A stretch of DNA of 64,000 nucleotides from Bdellovibrionales bacterium (GTDB lineage: Bacteria > Bdellovibrionota > Bdellovibrionia > Bdellovibrionales > UBA1609), in NCBI GenBank assembly GCA_965219095.1, contig CBDCMT010000001.1, forward strand, positions 1,792,001-1,856,000. Reading direction: 5' to 3'. The position numbers and the translations under genes are program-made. How positions within the stretch are numbered: position 1 is the first letter of the stretch; every line of letters begins with the position of its first letter. Of the stretch, positions 39,384 to 49,310 are shown piece by piece. Below the pieces are notes generated by a model. It saw nothing but the letters and a program-made list of their open reading frames with translations. It searched no databases and was not told the DNA's origin.

Positions 39384-40903
39384 GCCTCCTCAAAAGAATC
39401 TGTGGCTTCCCGGAGGTTCTGGCAGTTTTCCAAGGTTATGATATAAGGCGATTTTTATAGCTTTAGAGGTTCTAAAGCCGTAAGATTTTCTCATAGTGAG
39501 TTTTACTTTGTTGTTTAAACCCTCTACAATCCCTGAGGAGAAGGCTTTTTTAGCCTTGAAGTAATTAAGAATAAGTAGCTTATGTCTTCGTATGGTTTTT
39601 GCTTCTCTTTTCATAGGTTCAATTTTTGAAAGCATGACTCGTCTCGTCCAACTGTCTATAAATTTACCAGCCCAAGTTGGTGAAACATAGGTCCATAACT
39701 GTCGGAAGTCTTCTTTTAAAAAATAACAGCGGATACTTTTTAAATTGTACTGTATTAAATGCCTTAATTTTACTTTCTCATAAGATTTTAAATTTTCTGC
39801 ATTTTTTAACAAGGGCCATCTAGCTTTTGTTAAAAGGGGTTCATACCCGTCTTCTTTCATTTTTTTGTGTTCTGAAGCTCTCACTTCGTCTAAAGCCTTA
39901 TTGAGTCTTGCTACGATATGAAACCGATCTAATATATTCAAAGCTTGACTTGCCCTTTCCTTTATTACTTTTAAATAGGGCTTCCACATATCAGAACACA
40001 CAAACTGTATATCTTTTGACTTCTCTCCTAGTAAATCAAAGAATTTTCTAAAACTCTTTTCTGTTCTTTTTTCTCCTATCCATAGCAAACGAACACTTTC
40101 TTTGCTTATTTCATAGACTAAGGTGAGATACTGATGGTTCTTTTTCCATTGTATTTCATCTACACCTATAGCTTGTATTCCCTTTAAAACCCTTTGTTTT
40201 AAACCATATTCTACGACCCATTCTACCGAAGCATAGACCTGATTCCAACTGACATGAAACTTACAAGAAACCTCTTTCCAAGACAGGTGACGACACCAGT
40301 CAGCTAAGTACTTCATGTAAAAAATTGTTAGGTTTTTCTTACCATCGGCCCAAGGTAAATACTCAACTTTTACCCCACAGCAAGGACAATTAACTCTTCT
40401 TACAAAATAAACAAAAAACACCCTGTAACTTAAAATAGGAAGGGATTCAAAGTCCCGTGATGATTTACTGCTGTCATACACTGAACAGGGCTTCTTACAA
40501 ACACTACAAAAAGCTTGGCCATTTTTACGAGCCTTAATAGGAACATTAATTGACTTTCTATCTTTTGAAAAATAAATGTCTCCGTATACAAAAGACTTCC
40601 ATCTTAAACAATCATTTAGTATAGTCTTCAAAAGCATCTCTTCCCTCCTTTTTTTTTTTTTTTGAATAACATTTTAAGGCATCTGGGAAGTAGGTGCTTC
40701 TTTTTTAAAATTTTAATGTAACACAGCAAATAAAAGCAAATAAAAGAATGTTTTTGAGTTCAATCACCGGAGGTGATAGAGGCCAGTAAGGGCCTCAAAG
40801 AACTCAAAAATACAAGATAGAATGTCTTACTCTTACTTTGATTAATATGAGCTCTTTTGGGGGATTTCTACTACTTTTCACCCACAGATTCCCGGGAGGA
40901 GCC
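39384..40903 (-). mobile_element. ISL3-family insertion sequence, complete, 8-bp target duplication AAAAGTAC
   Basis: IRs GGCTCCTCCCGGGAATCTGTGG / GCCTCCTCAAAAGAATCTGTGG; TSD at 39376-39383 and 40904-40911. Confidence 0.92.
39390..40637 (-). CDS. ISL3 transposase
   Basis: Zn finger, IGVDE, CSDMW..Y, LDRFH and EGLNNKVK...R.SYGFR. Confidence 0.95.
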   Translation of the reverse strand: MLLKTILNDCLRWKSFVYGDIYFSKDRKSINVPIKARKNGQAFCSVCKKPCSVYDSSKSSRDFESLPILSYRVFFVYFVRRVNCPCCGVKVEYLPWADGKKNLTIFYMKYLADWCRHLSWKEVSCKFHVSWNQVYASVEWVVEYGLKQRVLKGIQAIGVDEIQWKKNHQYLTLVYEISKESVRLLWIGEKRTEKSFRKFFDLLGEKSKDIQFVCSDMWKPYLKVIKERASQALNILDRFHIVARLNKALDEVRASEHKKMKEDGYEPLLTKARWPLLKNAENLKSYEKVKLRHLIQYNLKSIRCYFLKEDFRQLWTYVSPTWAGKFIDSWTRRVMLSKIEPMKREAKTIRRHKLLILNYFKAKKAFSSGIVEGLNNKVKLTMRKSYGFRTSKAIKIALYHNLGKLPEPPGSHRFF

Positions 40904-40944
40904 AAAAGTACTAACAGGGGTTTTTAGTTTAAAGAATAAGAACT

Positions 40945-41286
40945 CTAGATTGTGACTTTGCAGTACTCCGAAGGGTTGTCTGGATCATCACTTTTTGAAG
41001 CATTATTGTGCCAGTGAAGAGGTTGAAGGTTTGAGAGTTCATCTCCACCACCTTTTGCGACTGGATTAATGTGATCGATTTCCCAGCCGTATTCAGAGCC
41101 TCTATTTCCATATTGGTTGAAGTGGATTGTGGCACCACATTTATCTTGACGATTATTATTGTCGATTACTTCTCGTACAATACCATCGTCTTCTTCAGTT
41201 ATATAACTAGCTTTCTCCCAAACCTGTTCAATGATGCTTTGTTCAAAAGCATCCCCATTTCTTTTTGTATTAGGTTTTCTTTTCAT
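40945..41286 (-). CDS. HNH endonuclease
   Basis: GWEIDHINPVAKGGGDELSNLQPLHWHNN..K.D. Confidence 0.9.
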   Translation of the reverse strand: MKRKPNTKRNGDAFEQSIIEQVWEKASYITEEDDGIVREVIDNNNRQDKCGATIHFNQYGNRGSEYGWEIDHINPVAKGGGDELSNLQPLHWHNNASKSDDPDNPSEYCKVTI

Positions 41287-41590
41287 TTTTACCTCCTAAA
41301 TTTTTTAACCACTCTACTTTTCTTAATAAATTGAAGAAATGTTCATACACATGTATGTCATGGTATTGTTTATTTTGATGAACAAATTGAATAACTTTAA
41401 AAGCTTCTTTAATTTTTTGTTCGTCTTCAAAACTTATTTCAGAGGATTTGTGAAAAAGTGCCTCATGAACATTTCTAAATAATTCATCATAACGAGTTTT
41501 CCTTACTTGATCTTTTGTAAATTTTTTCCCATTTGGAAGTGATATCTCTTTCGCTTTCTTTATATTTTTCAAGCCTATGTCAATTATCAT
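41270..41590 (-). CDS. Hypothetical protein
   Basis: 106 aa overlapping the HNH start. Confidence 0.5.
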   Translation of the reverse strand: MIIDIGLKNIKKAKEISLPNGKKFTKDQVRKTRYDELFRNVHEALFHKSSEISFEDEQKIKEAFKVIQFVHQNKQYHDIHVYEHFFNLLRKVEWLKNLGGKNEKKT

Positions 41591-41867
41591 TTTAATTCTC
41601 TTTTCCTGCTTTCGCTTTAAATTACATTTTTCAATAATTTTAAAAAACTATCGGTATTTCTACCAATAATTTTTTTAGTATTACACATAAGACCTCCTTT
41701 GGCAAGATTATCTTGCCAGAAAAATGAAAAACCAGGGTTTTTAGGAAGGGAAAATGCTTTGAAAATGATATAGACTGGGTGTTTAAAGAGCCTTTAGTGG
41801 AGCTTTTCTTACTCTTGATAAGTGGGTTTTGAAAAAGAAGCTTTTTTATTGCGTTATCATTTGTAGA

Positions 41868-42152
41868 TTATTTTTTAAAAAAAGACTGAATGTCTTTAAA
41901 ACCTATGTTTTTGTTGTTTTTTTCAAGCTCTTTTAGAAGAGATTTAGCATAAGCAAGAGGGCTTTGTGTTTCTTTGATCATTCTTTTTCGGTCGATTTTA
42001 AAAAACTTTTTTTCATACTGAATCACAAGCCAAGAAAGAAGAGCCTGCTTTTTAACCTTTGTATGAGAGTCGTTGTTAAGAGATTCAAGCATTCTTTCTA
42101 AGGCATTATTCCCCTTATTTGTAATAGCAATTTTTATGAGTTTTTCTTTCAT
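41868..42152 (-). CDS. 94-aa paralogue of 36855-37136
   Basis: MKEKL.KIAI...KVKKQAL...YEK...KETQ.P..YAKSL.KELE. Confidence 0.7.
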   Translation of the reverse strand: MKEKLIKIAITNKGNNALERMLESLNNDSHTKVKKQALLSWLVIQYEKKFFKIDRKRMIKETQSPLAYAKSLLKELEKNNKNIGFKDIQSFFKK

Positions 42153-42219
42153 ATTTTTTCTTTCATTCTGTTTGAAAAAGGGTAAGTAGCTATAAAGCCA
42201 TTTTCCCTTTATATTTTTC

Positions 42220-42615
42220 GGCTCCTCCCAGGAATCTGTGGGTAAAAAGTAGCTAGAAATTCCCCAAACGGGTCATATCAAGCAAAGCAAGAAAGTAAAG
42301 ATTAAGATATCCTATCTTATATTTTTGAGCTCTTTGAGATCTTTTGCTGGTCTCTATTGCTTCAGCGATTGAACTCAAAAATCTTCATTTTATTTGCTGT
42401 ATTACATTAAAATCTTAAAAAAGAAGTCCCTACTTCCCAGATGCTTTTGAAGACTATACTAAATGATTGTTTAAAATGGTAGTCTTGTGTATGGAGACAT
42501 TTATTTTTATGCTTTTAAAGTAATTCATCTTAATTTTTACTTTCTTGCTTTGCTTGATATGACCCGTTTGGGGAATTTCTAGCTACTTTTTACCCACAGA
42601 TTCCCGGGAGGAGCC
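42220..42615. mobile_element. Non-autonomous ISL3 derivative made of two inverted left ends
   Basis: ~80-bp near-perfect IRs starting GGCTCCTCCC(A/G)GGAATCTGTGGG; interior matches the ISL3 5' region up to MLLKTILND. Confidence 0.8.
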
Positions 42616-42779
42616 AAATTTTTAAGCTTAATTTTTCGTTTTTGAGTATAAGGTTCTCTATGTATTAGAAATATTTTGTCTAAATACTTTTTTTTGAAAA
42701 TCATTTTGCTCCTTATGTTGGATTATGTTATTATAGCTAAGGTATATTTTATTCAAGCAAGCTTGAAAAGGCGTAAGAT

Positions 42780-43205
42780 ATGGTTTTATTTTCTAAGATA
42801 ATAAATAGACTTTTAATAGCTTTAGAAGTACTTTCTTATGTTTTTATAATTTTGATACCAGGTAGTATATTTATATTTAGCGATTATGTTGGTATTGGTA
42901 TGTTTTATTATTTAGTAGGTTATTGCCTTTTCTCTTTTATTCTCTTTAGAGTTGTCAGATTTGTTTTAAAGCCTTTTTTAGAAATTCATGAAGGTGATAA
43001 AAATACGGCTCCTCAAAAGAACCTCCGGGAACCCACAGATTCTTTTGAGGAGGCATTTTTTCTTTTGCCTCTATTTTTTCTTACTTCAATTATCATCACT
43101 TGGTTTAAAGGAACAGGTAATTTTATAGAAAAAGTAAAACGTGTTTTTATTGGGACAATTTTGCTTATTGCTTTTCCTGAAATCACAGAGGCTGTTTTAT
43201 CGTAA
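42780..43205 (+). CDS. Membrane protein ORF, possibly chimeric, containing a 48-bp ISL3 mini-end
   Basis: Hydrophobic segments; 43007-43054 is ISL3 terminal sequence read in frame. Confidence 0.4.
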   Translation: MVLFSKIINRLLIALEVLSYVFIILIPGSIFIFSDYVGIGMFYYLVGYCLFSFILFRVVRFVLKPFLEIHEGDKNTAPQKNLREPTDSFEEAFFLLPLFFLTSIIITWFKGTGNFIEKVKRVFIGTILLIAFPEITEAVLS

Positions 43206-43396
43206 CTGTTCGGAAAAATTCTAGTTAGGTTTTACCTGAATTTTAAAATAAATCGTTAAAATTATTAGTGTTTTTTAGTTTTAACCCCCTGCCTTCTTCG
43301 GACAACTACCCGTGACCCTGCTCTCCTTACATAACTGTCGTGCGAATGGGGTCACGGCTAGCTTGAAAGCAGAGGGTATGGTATAAGGAGAGGGTA

Positions 43397-43471
43397 TATA
43401 GTGACAGCGCTTAGATTTTCCATCTATTCCCCCCTAGAAGAAAAGACTGAAAACTAACCGGAAGCACTATA
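43397..43471 (+). mobile_element. ~75-bp IS630-derived MITE
   Basis: TATAGTGA...CGGAAGCACTATA; aligns with 30060-30133 and the IS630 end. Confidence 0.65.
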
Positions 43472-43524
43472 CATCGGAGACAATAGTGAAGACAATTAGG
43501 TTATGTTTTTAAGTAAAAAAATAC

Positions 43525-44991
43525 ATGGGAAATAAAAAATATATTTATAATTCAAAATTTTTTTCTCCATTTATATTGATTAAAGATAAAGGTAAAATTC
43601 AAAAAATAAGAAAAGAGTTTTATAAAATTAACCATAACAATTGGCACTTTGATAAGACAAGCGGAGAGCAAGCCTCTCAATATACATGTACAGATTTTCT
43701 TCTCTACATTGTTTTTTCATTTAATAGAAAAAATAAAAAAGGCGAAGCTCGTTTATGGTTGATTTATAGCGAAAAAGAGTTATTTGATGGATACCCTCAT
43801 ATATTTATTACAAATATTATTTCCTCAGAAGAGGGTATTGATGTTGTAGAACACAACAATATAGCAAAATCATTTTACAAAGAAGTAATGGTCACATTAG
43901 CTAATAATTTAAACTTAGAGCATGGAGAAACTATGAATGGGAAGCATAGGACTTCAATAGAGAGTACATCAAATACAGATCCAAATCCATGTTATTCGAT
44001 TAAAGAACAAATAAATAACATCTCTTGCCAACGTCCGCACCTTGTCATACTTGGAGCAGGAGCAACTAGAGCAACACTTCCCAATGGAGATAAAAACGGA
44101 AAAACATTACCTTTAATGAATGATCTTATTGAAATTCTTGATCTAAGTAAGTTAATTACAGATTGTACCTCTGAAGTACCAAACAATTTTGAAGTGTTTT
44201 ATAGTTCTATACACAAGGAAAAATCCGATCTATCTAAACAAATAGAGAGAAAGATATATGAATATTTTTCATCTGTCCAAATACCAGATAAGCCCACTAT
44301 TTATGATTATTTGATTTTTTGCTTAAGAGAAAAAGATGTTATAGCTACTTTTAATTGGGATCCTATTTTAGATCAAGCTCTTGAAAGAAGTGCCACTTAT
44401 TTTAAAAATAAATGTAGGGAGTTTCGCCTGCCACAAATATTACACCTTCATGGTAATGTTTCTATTGGTTATTGTATCGACTGTCAAACAAAGGGTTCAA
44501 TAATGACTCTTTGTCATAAATGTAATAAACCTAGAAGAAAATCTCAGTTATTGTATCCTGTATCTGAAAAAAACTATAAATTAGATGCTTATATTGAACA
44601 AAATTGGAAAGCTGTTCAAAAAGTTTTTGAACAAGCGTACATTGTAACAATTTTTGGCTATTCAAAACCTACTTCGGATGCAAAAGCTATAACGCTTTTT
44701 AAAAATGCTTGGGGGACGCAAGAAGATAGAGATCTTGAGGAATTTGAAATTATAAACACAGAGAATACGGTTGAAAGTTGGGAAGAGTTTATACACACAC
44801 ATCATTTCGAATATACAAATAACTTTTTTGAATCTAAAATTGCAAGGTTTCCAAGAAGATCATGTGAGTGCGAATGGGAAAGACTTATGGAATGTAAGTT
44901 TTTCGATGGCAATCCAATAAAAAACCGCTCTTCTTTTAAGGAGCTATATGATTTCATGGAACCACTAATAAAAAGAGAGTTAGAAAAATGA
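43525..44991 (+). CDS. SIR2-like domain protein with an N-terminal extension
   Basis: ILGAGAT, TFNWD, LHLHGNV, CxxC..CxxC and IFGYS motifs. Confidence 0.82.
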   Translation: MGNKKYIYNSKFFSPFILIKDKGKIQKIRKEFYKINHNNWHFDKTSGEQASQYTCTDFLLYIVFSFNRKNKKGEARLWLIYSEKELFDGYPHIFITNIISSEEGIDVVEHNNIAKSFYKEVMVTLANNLNLEHGETMNGKHRTSIESTSNTDPNPCYSIKEQINNISCQRPHLVILGAGATRATLPNGDKNGKTLPLMNDLIEILDLSKLITDCTSEVPNNFEVFYSSIHKEKSDLSKQIERKIYEYFSSVQIPDKPTIYDYLIFCLREKDVIATFNWDPILDQALERSATYFKNKCREFRLPQILHLHGNVSIGYCIDCQTKGSIMTLCHKCNKPRRKSQLLYPVSEKNYKLDAYIEQNWKAVQKVFEQAYIVTIFGYSKPTSDAKAITLFKNAWGTQEDRDLEEFEIINTENTVESWEEFIHTHHFEYTNNFFESKIARFPRRSCECEWERLMECKFFDGNPIKNRSSFKELYDFMEPLIKRELEK

Positions 44992-45314
44992 GGAAACCCA
45001 ACACCAACCAATACGGCAAAGACTTCTCAAAAGAAGAGGAGCTTCTTGTCTGAAAAAAAGACGAAATTATTTCTGGTGAAAACCCTACTGTAGTCCGAAA
45101 AGATAAATGTGGAGCAACTATTTACTTTGATCAATATGGATATGATGAAAACGGAAAGCCTCAAAAGTATGGTTGGGAGATTGATCATATTATGTCAGTT
45201 TCAAAAGGTGGGGGAGATGAACTTTCCAATCTCCAGTCTCTTCATTGGAGAAACAATCGCTCAAAAGGTGATAATTCAGATATTCCCCCAGAATATTGCA
45301 AAATCACAGATTAA
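44988..45314 (+). pseudogene. HNH endonuclease with a premature TGA
   Basis: Paralogue of 40945-41286; TGA at 45051 where the paralogue has Trp; GWEIDH...GGGDELSNLQ.LHW.NN retained. Confidence 0.8.
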
Positions 45315-45474
45315 GTATAAGTTTTCTTCTTAGTCTAGATCAGAGTTTAATAACCAATAAAGAAATCCTATATCAAAAACTATTTCAACATAATTTTTCT
45401 CCCAAACCCTTCCTAAAGTATTTTTTTTAAGTTTGATATTTTTCATAGGAGAATAGATAAAAAAATCTTTAAAA

Positions 45475-45750
45475 TAAAAACTCACAAAAATTGCAATTAC
45501 AGATGAGGCTAACAAAGCCCTTGAAAAAATGCTTGAAACTCTTCATAAAAACTCTCTTTTCAAAATCAAAAAACAGAATCTTTCTTCATGGATTATAGAG
45601 ACTTATGAAAAAAGTTATTTTTCAACGCCTAAAGAGGCTCAAAACCCCATACTTATGCCAAGTCCGTTATTAAAAAGCTAGAAGAGACCAAGAAAAATCC
45701 TACACTAAAGGAGATCAACAGTATTTTCTCAAAGCTAGAAGGCACACATA
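45475..45750 (+). pseudogene. Decayed copy of the 93/94-aa protein
   Basis: KLTKIAITDEANKALEKMLE...IKKQNLSSWIIETYEK; no start codon and a frameshift near 45650. Confidence 0.65.
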
Positions 45751-45825
45751 AGAACTTTATTTATACTCGGCACGTCATGTCTGTAAAATATGATTAAAAA
45801 TTGTTATTATTAAGGAGGAATTCTT

Positions 45826-46041
45826 ATGGGTAAGAACCGAAAACCTTACTCCAAGAAATACCCTATGCTAGACCATATAGAATGGATAAAAGTTGAACAA
45901 ACAGAGGAAGAGGAAAATGAAAGAATTAAAGAGATCGCAAGAATGCTCCACAGGTTTATGGAGGAAAATTGCAAAAGGAGAAAATCCCAAAAAAACAATG
46001 TATTCCAAAAAGAAGGCTTTAAAAAAAGCTTTGGACTGTAA
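45826..46041 (+). CDS. Conserved 71-aa protein overlapping the LSR2 start
   Basis: RBS AAGGAGG; homologous to 36561-36776. Confidence 0.65.
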   Translation: MGKNRKPYSKKYPMLDHIEWIKVEQTEEEENERIKEIARMLHRFMEENCKRRKSQKNNVFQKEGFKKSFGL

Positions 46042-47692
46042 GTATAGATTAGCGGTTTATGTAAGACTCTCTCCAAGTGATGAAATAAGAGAGGAAGGTT
46101 CTCTTATCTCTCATCCTCAAAGAATTAAAAATTTTGTTAAAATGAAAAACTCTACAGAAAAAAACTGGGGAAAAGTCATAGAAACTTATACAGATAAAGA
46201 TTTTTCAGGAAAGAATCTAAACCGCCCTGCTTTTAAGAAAATGTGTCGAGATATTATTTCAGGAAAAGTCAATGCTGTTATTGTCACAGAGCTTTCAAGG
46301 TTAAGTAGAAATGTAAAAGATTTTTGTGAGTTTTGGGAATTTTTAAAAGAAAATAAAGTTAAGTTTTTTAGTCTTAAAGAAAATTTTGACACCTCTACTG
46401 CTATGGGAGAGCTTATGGTCATTCAAGCTATTAGCTTTGCTCAATTTGAAAGACAAACTACTGTAGAGAGGATAAAACATGGAGTTCAAGCAAGAGCTGA
46501 ACGAGGTCTTTCTAATGGTGGGCAAAGGATGTTAGGCTATGATCCTCATTCTGAGAAGAAATGCCACCTTATGGTGAATGAAAAAGAAAAGCCTCTTGTT
46601 GAGTTTATTTTTAAAAAGTTTTTAGAGTTAGGCTCTCTAAGTAAAACTCTTAATTATTTAAATGAAAATGGCTATACTACAAAATCATTTCTAAACAAAA
46701 AGAAAGAGAAAAAAGGTGGCAACCGTTGGACTATGGGAACTCTTTATACTTGTCTTACGAACCTTGCTTATTTAGGGAAAAGGGAGTTAAATAAGAAAAA
46801 TCGCAACAAAGATCAATCAGAGCTGAGTCCTTCTGAAAGATATAAAGTCTATGAGAGTCAATGGCCTGCTATTGTATCCAAAGAGCTTTTTAATGATGCC
46901 CAAGCTCTTTTAGAAGTGAATAAAAAGCACACAAGGTTTAAGAAGCATTGTTATGTTCTTTCAGGCTTAGCTTATTGTGGGCTTTGTGGAGAGAAGATTG
47001 TAGGAGTTGTGGCTAACGGAAGAGATAGAAAGTATTACTACTATGGCCATAAGAGAAAGATGCTCGCTCATGGAACAAGGCATTTAGAAAGGTGTGAGCT
47101 TGAAAATGTGCCTGCTCATGCTTTAGAAGAAGCGGTTCTTTTTAGAATTAAAAACCTTATAAAAAACAAAAAACTTTTGATAGAGCTTGTCAAAAACAAC
47201 ACTTCGCAAAATGAAAAAAGCCTCAAACAGCATAAAAGCCTTATGCAGTCCCGTATAGAGGAGTTAAAGGCTATAGAAAAGGACATAGAAGGACTTACAA
47301 TGGCCATAGCAAGGGCTAAAGATGACAAAACCCAAGATGTTCTGTTAGCAGAAATGGACAAGTTGACTGAGAAGTCCCACGCTTTAAAAGAAGAGATAGA
47401 AAAGCTCAAAAAGGAAAAATCTAAAATGAAAGAAGGGCTTGTTTCAGCAGAAGGAGTGTTTTCAGCCTTAAAGCTTGTAAACAAAGAGTTACCTAAGCTA
47501 GATCGACAACAGCAAAGACAACTCCTTATGAAAGTTATAAAACGAATTGTGGTCTATAAGGATAAACTAGGGGTAGAGTATCTAGGGGAACAAAACCCCA
47601 ACTTAGACTTTGGGGTTCAAGCGGTCAAAAATTTGTCTGATTTTCGACTTGGTCGACCAACACAAACACTGTGCGGATTTTTGACCGCTTGA
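45893..47692 (+). CDS. Large serine recombinase (LSR2)
   Basis: Same motifs as LSR1, diverged. True start probably MYSKKK (~45998). Confidence 0.93.
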   Translation: MNKQRKRKMKELKRSQECSTGLWRKIAKGENPKKTMYSKKKALKKALDCKYRLAVYVRLSPSDEIREEGSLISHPQRIKNFVKMKNSTEKNWGKVIETYTDKDFSGKNLNRPAFKKMCRDIISGKVNAVIVTELSRLSRNVKDFCEFWEFLKENKVKFFSLKENFDTSTAMGELMVIQAISFAQFERQTTVERIKHGVQARAERGLSNGGQRMLGYDPHSEKKCHLMVNEKEKPLVEFIFKKFLELGSLSKTLNYLNENGYTTKSFLNKKKEKKGGNRWTMGTLYTCLTNLAYLGKRELNKKNRNKDQSELSPSERYKVYESQWPAIVSKELFNDAQALLEVNKKHTRFKKHCYVLSGLAYCGLCGEKIVGVVANGRDRKYYYYGHKRKMLAHGTRHLERCELENVPAHALEEAVLFRIKNLIKNKKLLIELVKNNTSQNEKSLKQHKSLMQSRIEELKAIEKDIEGLTMAIARAKDDKTQDVLLAEMDKLTEKSHALKEEIEKLKKEKSKMKEGLVSAEGVFSALKLVNKELPKLDRQQQRQLLMKVIKRIVVYKDKLGVEYLGEQNPNLDFGVQAVKNLSDFRLGRPTQTLCGFLTA

Positions 47693-47696
47693 ACCC
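47613..47696. other. Symmetric serine-recombinase att-like junction centred on CG 47654-47655
   Basis: TTGGTCGACCAA core plus perfect 20-bp IR GGGTTCAAGCGGTCAAAAAT, both symmetric about the same axis. Confidence 0.75.
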
Positions 47697-49310
47697 AATT
47701 TCCTATTTCAGACTTTTTGGCTCCAAAATACTCCACGCCTAAGCCATGTTTATAGACTACAACCTTCTTGATGATCTCTGAGAGAAGCTCTTTTTGTTGT
47801 CTGGGAGTGATTTTGGGCAGAGTCTTATTTACAACCTTGAGTGCTGAAAAGATATTCTCTGCTGAAATGATGTTGTCTTTGAATTGAGACTTTTCCTTTT
47901 TGAGCTTTTTGATCTCTTCTTCTACCTGAGATTTCTTTTCACTAAGGTTACCTAACTCTTCAATTAAAATGTCCTGAGCTTTCTGATTCTTACTTCTAGC
48001 AATGGCCTGAGTGAGACTTTCTATATCTTTCCTTATGCCCTTTAAGGCTTCTAGGCGAGAGTACATAAGGCTTTCCTGCTGTTTGAGACTCTCCTGATTT
48101 TGGTGAGTGTTGTTTTGAGCAAGCTTTACTAAAAGGGCCTTATTTTTTGATAACTCTTTGAGTCTAAACAAAACACCTTCCTCTATAGTGTGGGCAGGAA
48201 CATGCTCTAAGTCACATTTTTTTAAATGCCGATCTCCATAAGTCATCATCTTTCTTCTGTGGCCATAATAAAAGTATTTTTTTCCGTCTCTATTTGAGCT
48301 TCCTTTCCCTACAAGTTTATCGCCACAAACTCCACAATAAGTTAAACCTGAAAGAATATAACAATGATTGCTGGCTCTTAATTCTTTTTTATTTTTTTCT
48401 AAACGATCTTGAACCTCATTAAAAAGATTTTTATCAATAATAGCAGGCCATTGGCTATCATAAACTTTGTATCTTTCAGAAATAGAAAGCTCTGACTGAT
48501 CTTTATTTCTATTTCTCTTATTAAGCTCTCTTTTTCCTAAATAGGAAAGGTTGGTGAGAACAGTGTATAAAGACGAGATAGTCCATCTTGTTCCGCCTCT
48601 TTTTTTCTCCCTTTTTGTTCACAAAAGACTTCGTAGTGTAGCCGTTTTGATTTAAAAAGTTTAAAACTTTAAATATAGAGCCTAGCTCTAAAAGCTTTTT
48701 AAAAATCATTTGAACTATAGGTTTTTCTTCTTCATTAACTTTCAAATGGCATTTTTTTTCAGGGTGAAGATCATAGCCTAACATTCTTTGTCCACCATTA
48801 GAAAGACCTCTCTCTGCTCTTGCGTGAACTCCATGCTTTATACGCTCTACAGTGGTTTGTCTTTCAAATTGAGCAAAACTAATGGCTTGGATAACCATAA
48901 GTTCTCCCATAGCAGTTGAGGTATCAAAGTTTTCTTTTAGACTAAAAAACTTCACTTTATGTTCTTTGAGAAAATCCCAAAACTGGCAAAAATCTTTAAC
49001 ACTTCTACTAAGCCTTGAAAGCTCTGTTACGATAACAGCATTAACCTTTCCTAAAACAATGTCTCTACACATTTTTTGAAAAGCTGGACGGTTTAAGTTC
49101 TTCCCTGAATAATCCTTGTCTGTGTAAGTTTCAATAACCTTTCCCCAATTCTTCTCTGTATTGTTTTTCATATTGATAAAATTTTTGATTCTTTGTGGGT
49201 GAGATACAAGAGAGCCTTCTTCTCTAATTTCATCGCTTGGAGAAAGCTTCACATAAGAAGCTATCTTGTGTTTATAATCTAATCGTTTTTTTGAAGTCTT
49301 CTTTTTTAAG
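47617..49310 (-). pseudogene. Large serine recombinase (LSR3), near-identical to LSR1, frameshifted and 5'-truncated
   Basis: Extra base in the T-run at ~48600-48606; YVKLS instead of YVRLS; start replaced by hsdS sequence. Confidence 0.85.

Noticed and set aside
45051..45053. TGA=Trp recoding suggested by the HNH in-frame TGA
   Set aside because: Many intact genes end in TGA and use TGG for Trp; simple nonsense mutation is more likely.
48595..48610. Programmed frameshift in LSR3
   Set aside because: Near-identical LSR1 is uninterrupted; a homopolymer indel or sequencing error is more likely.
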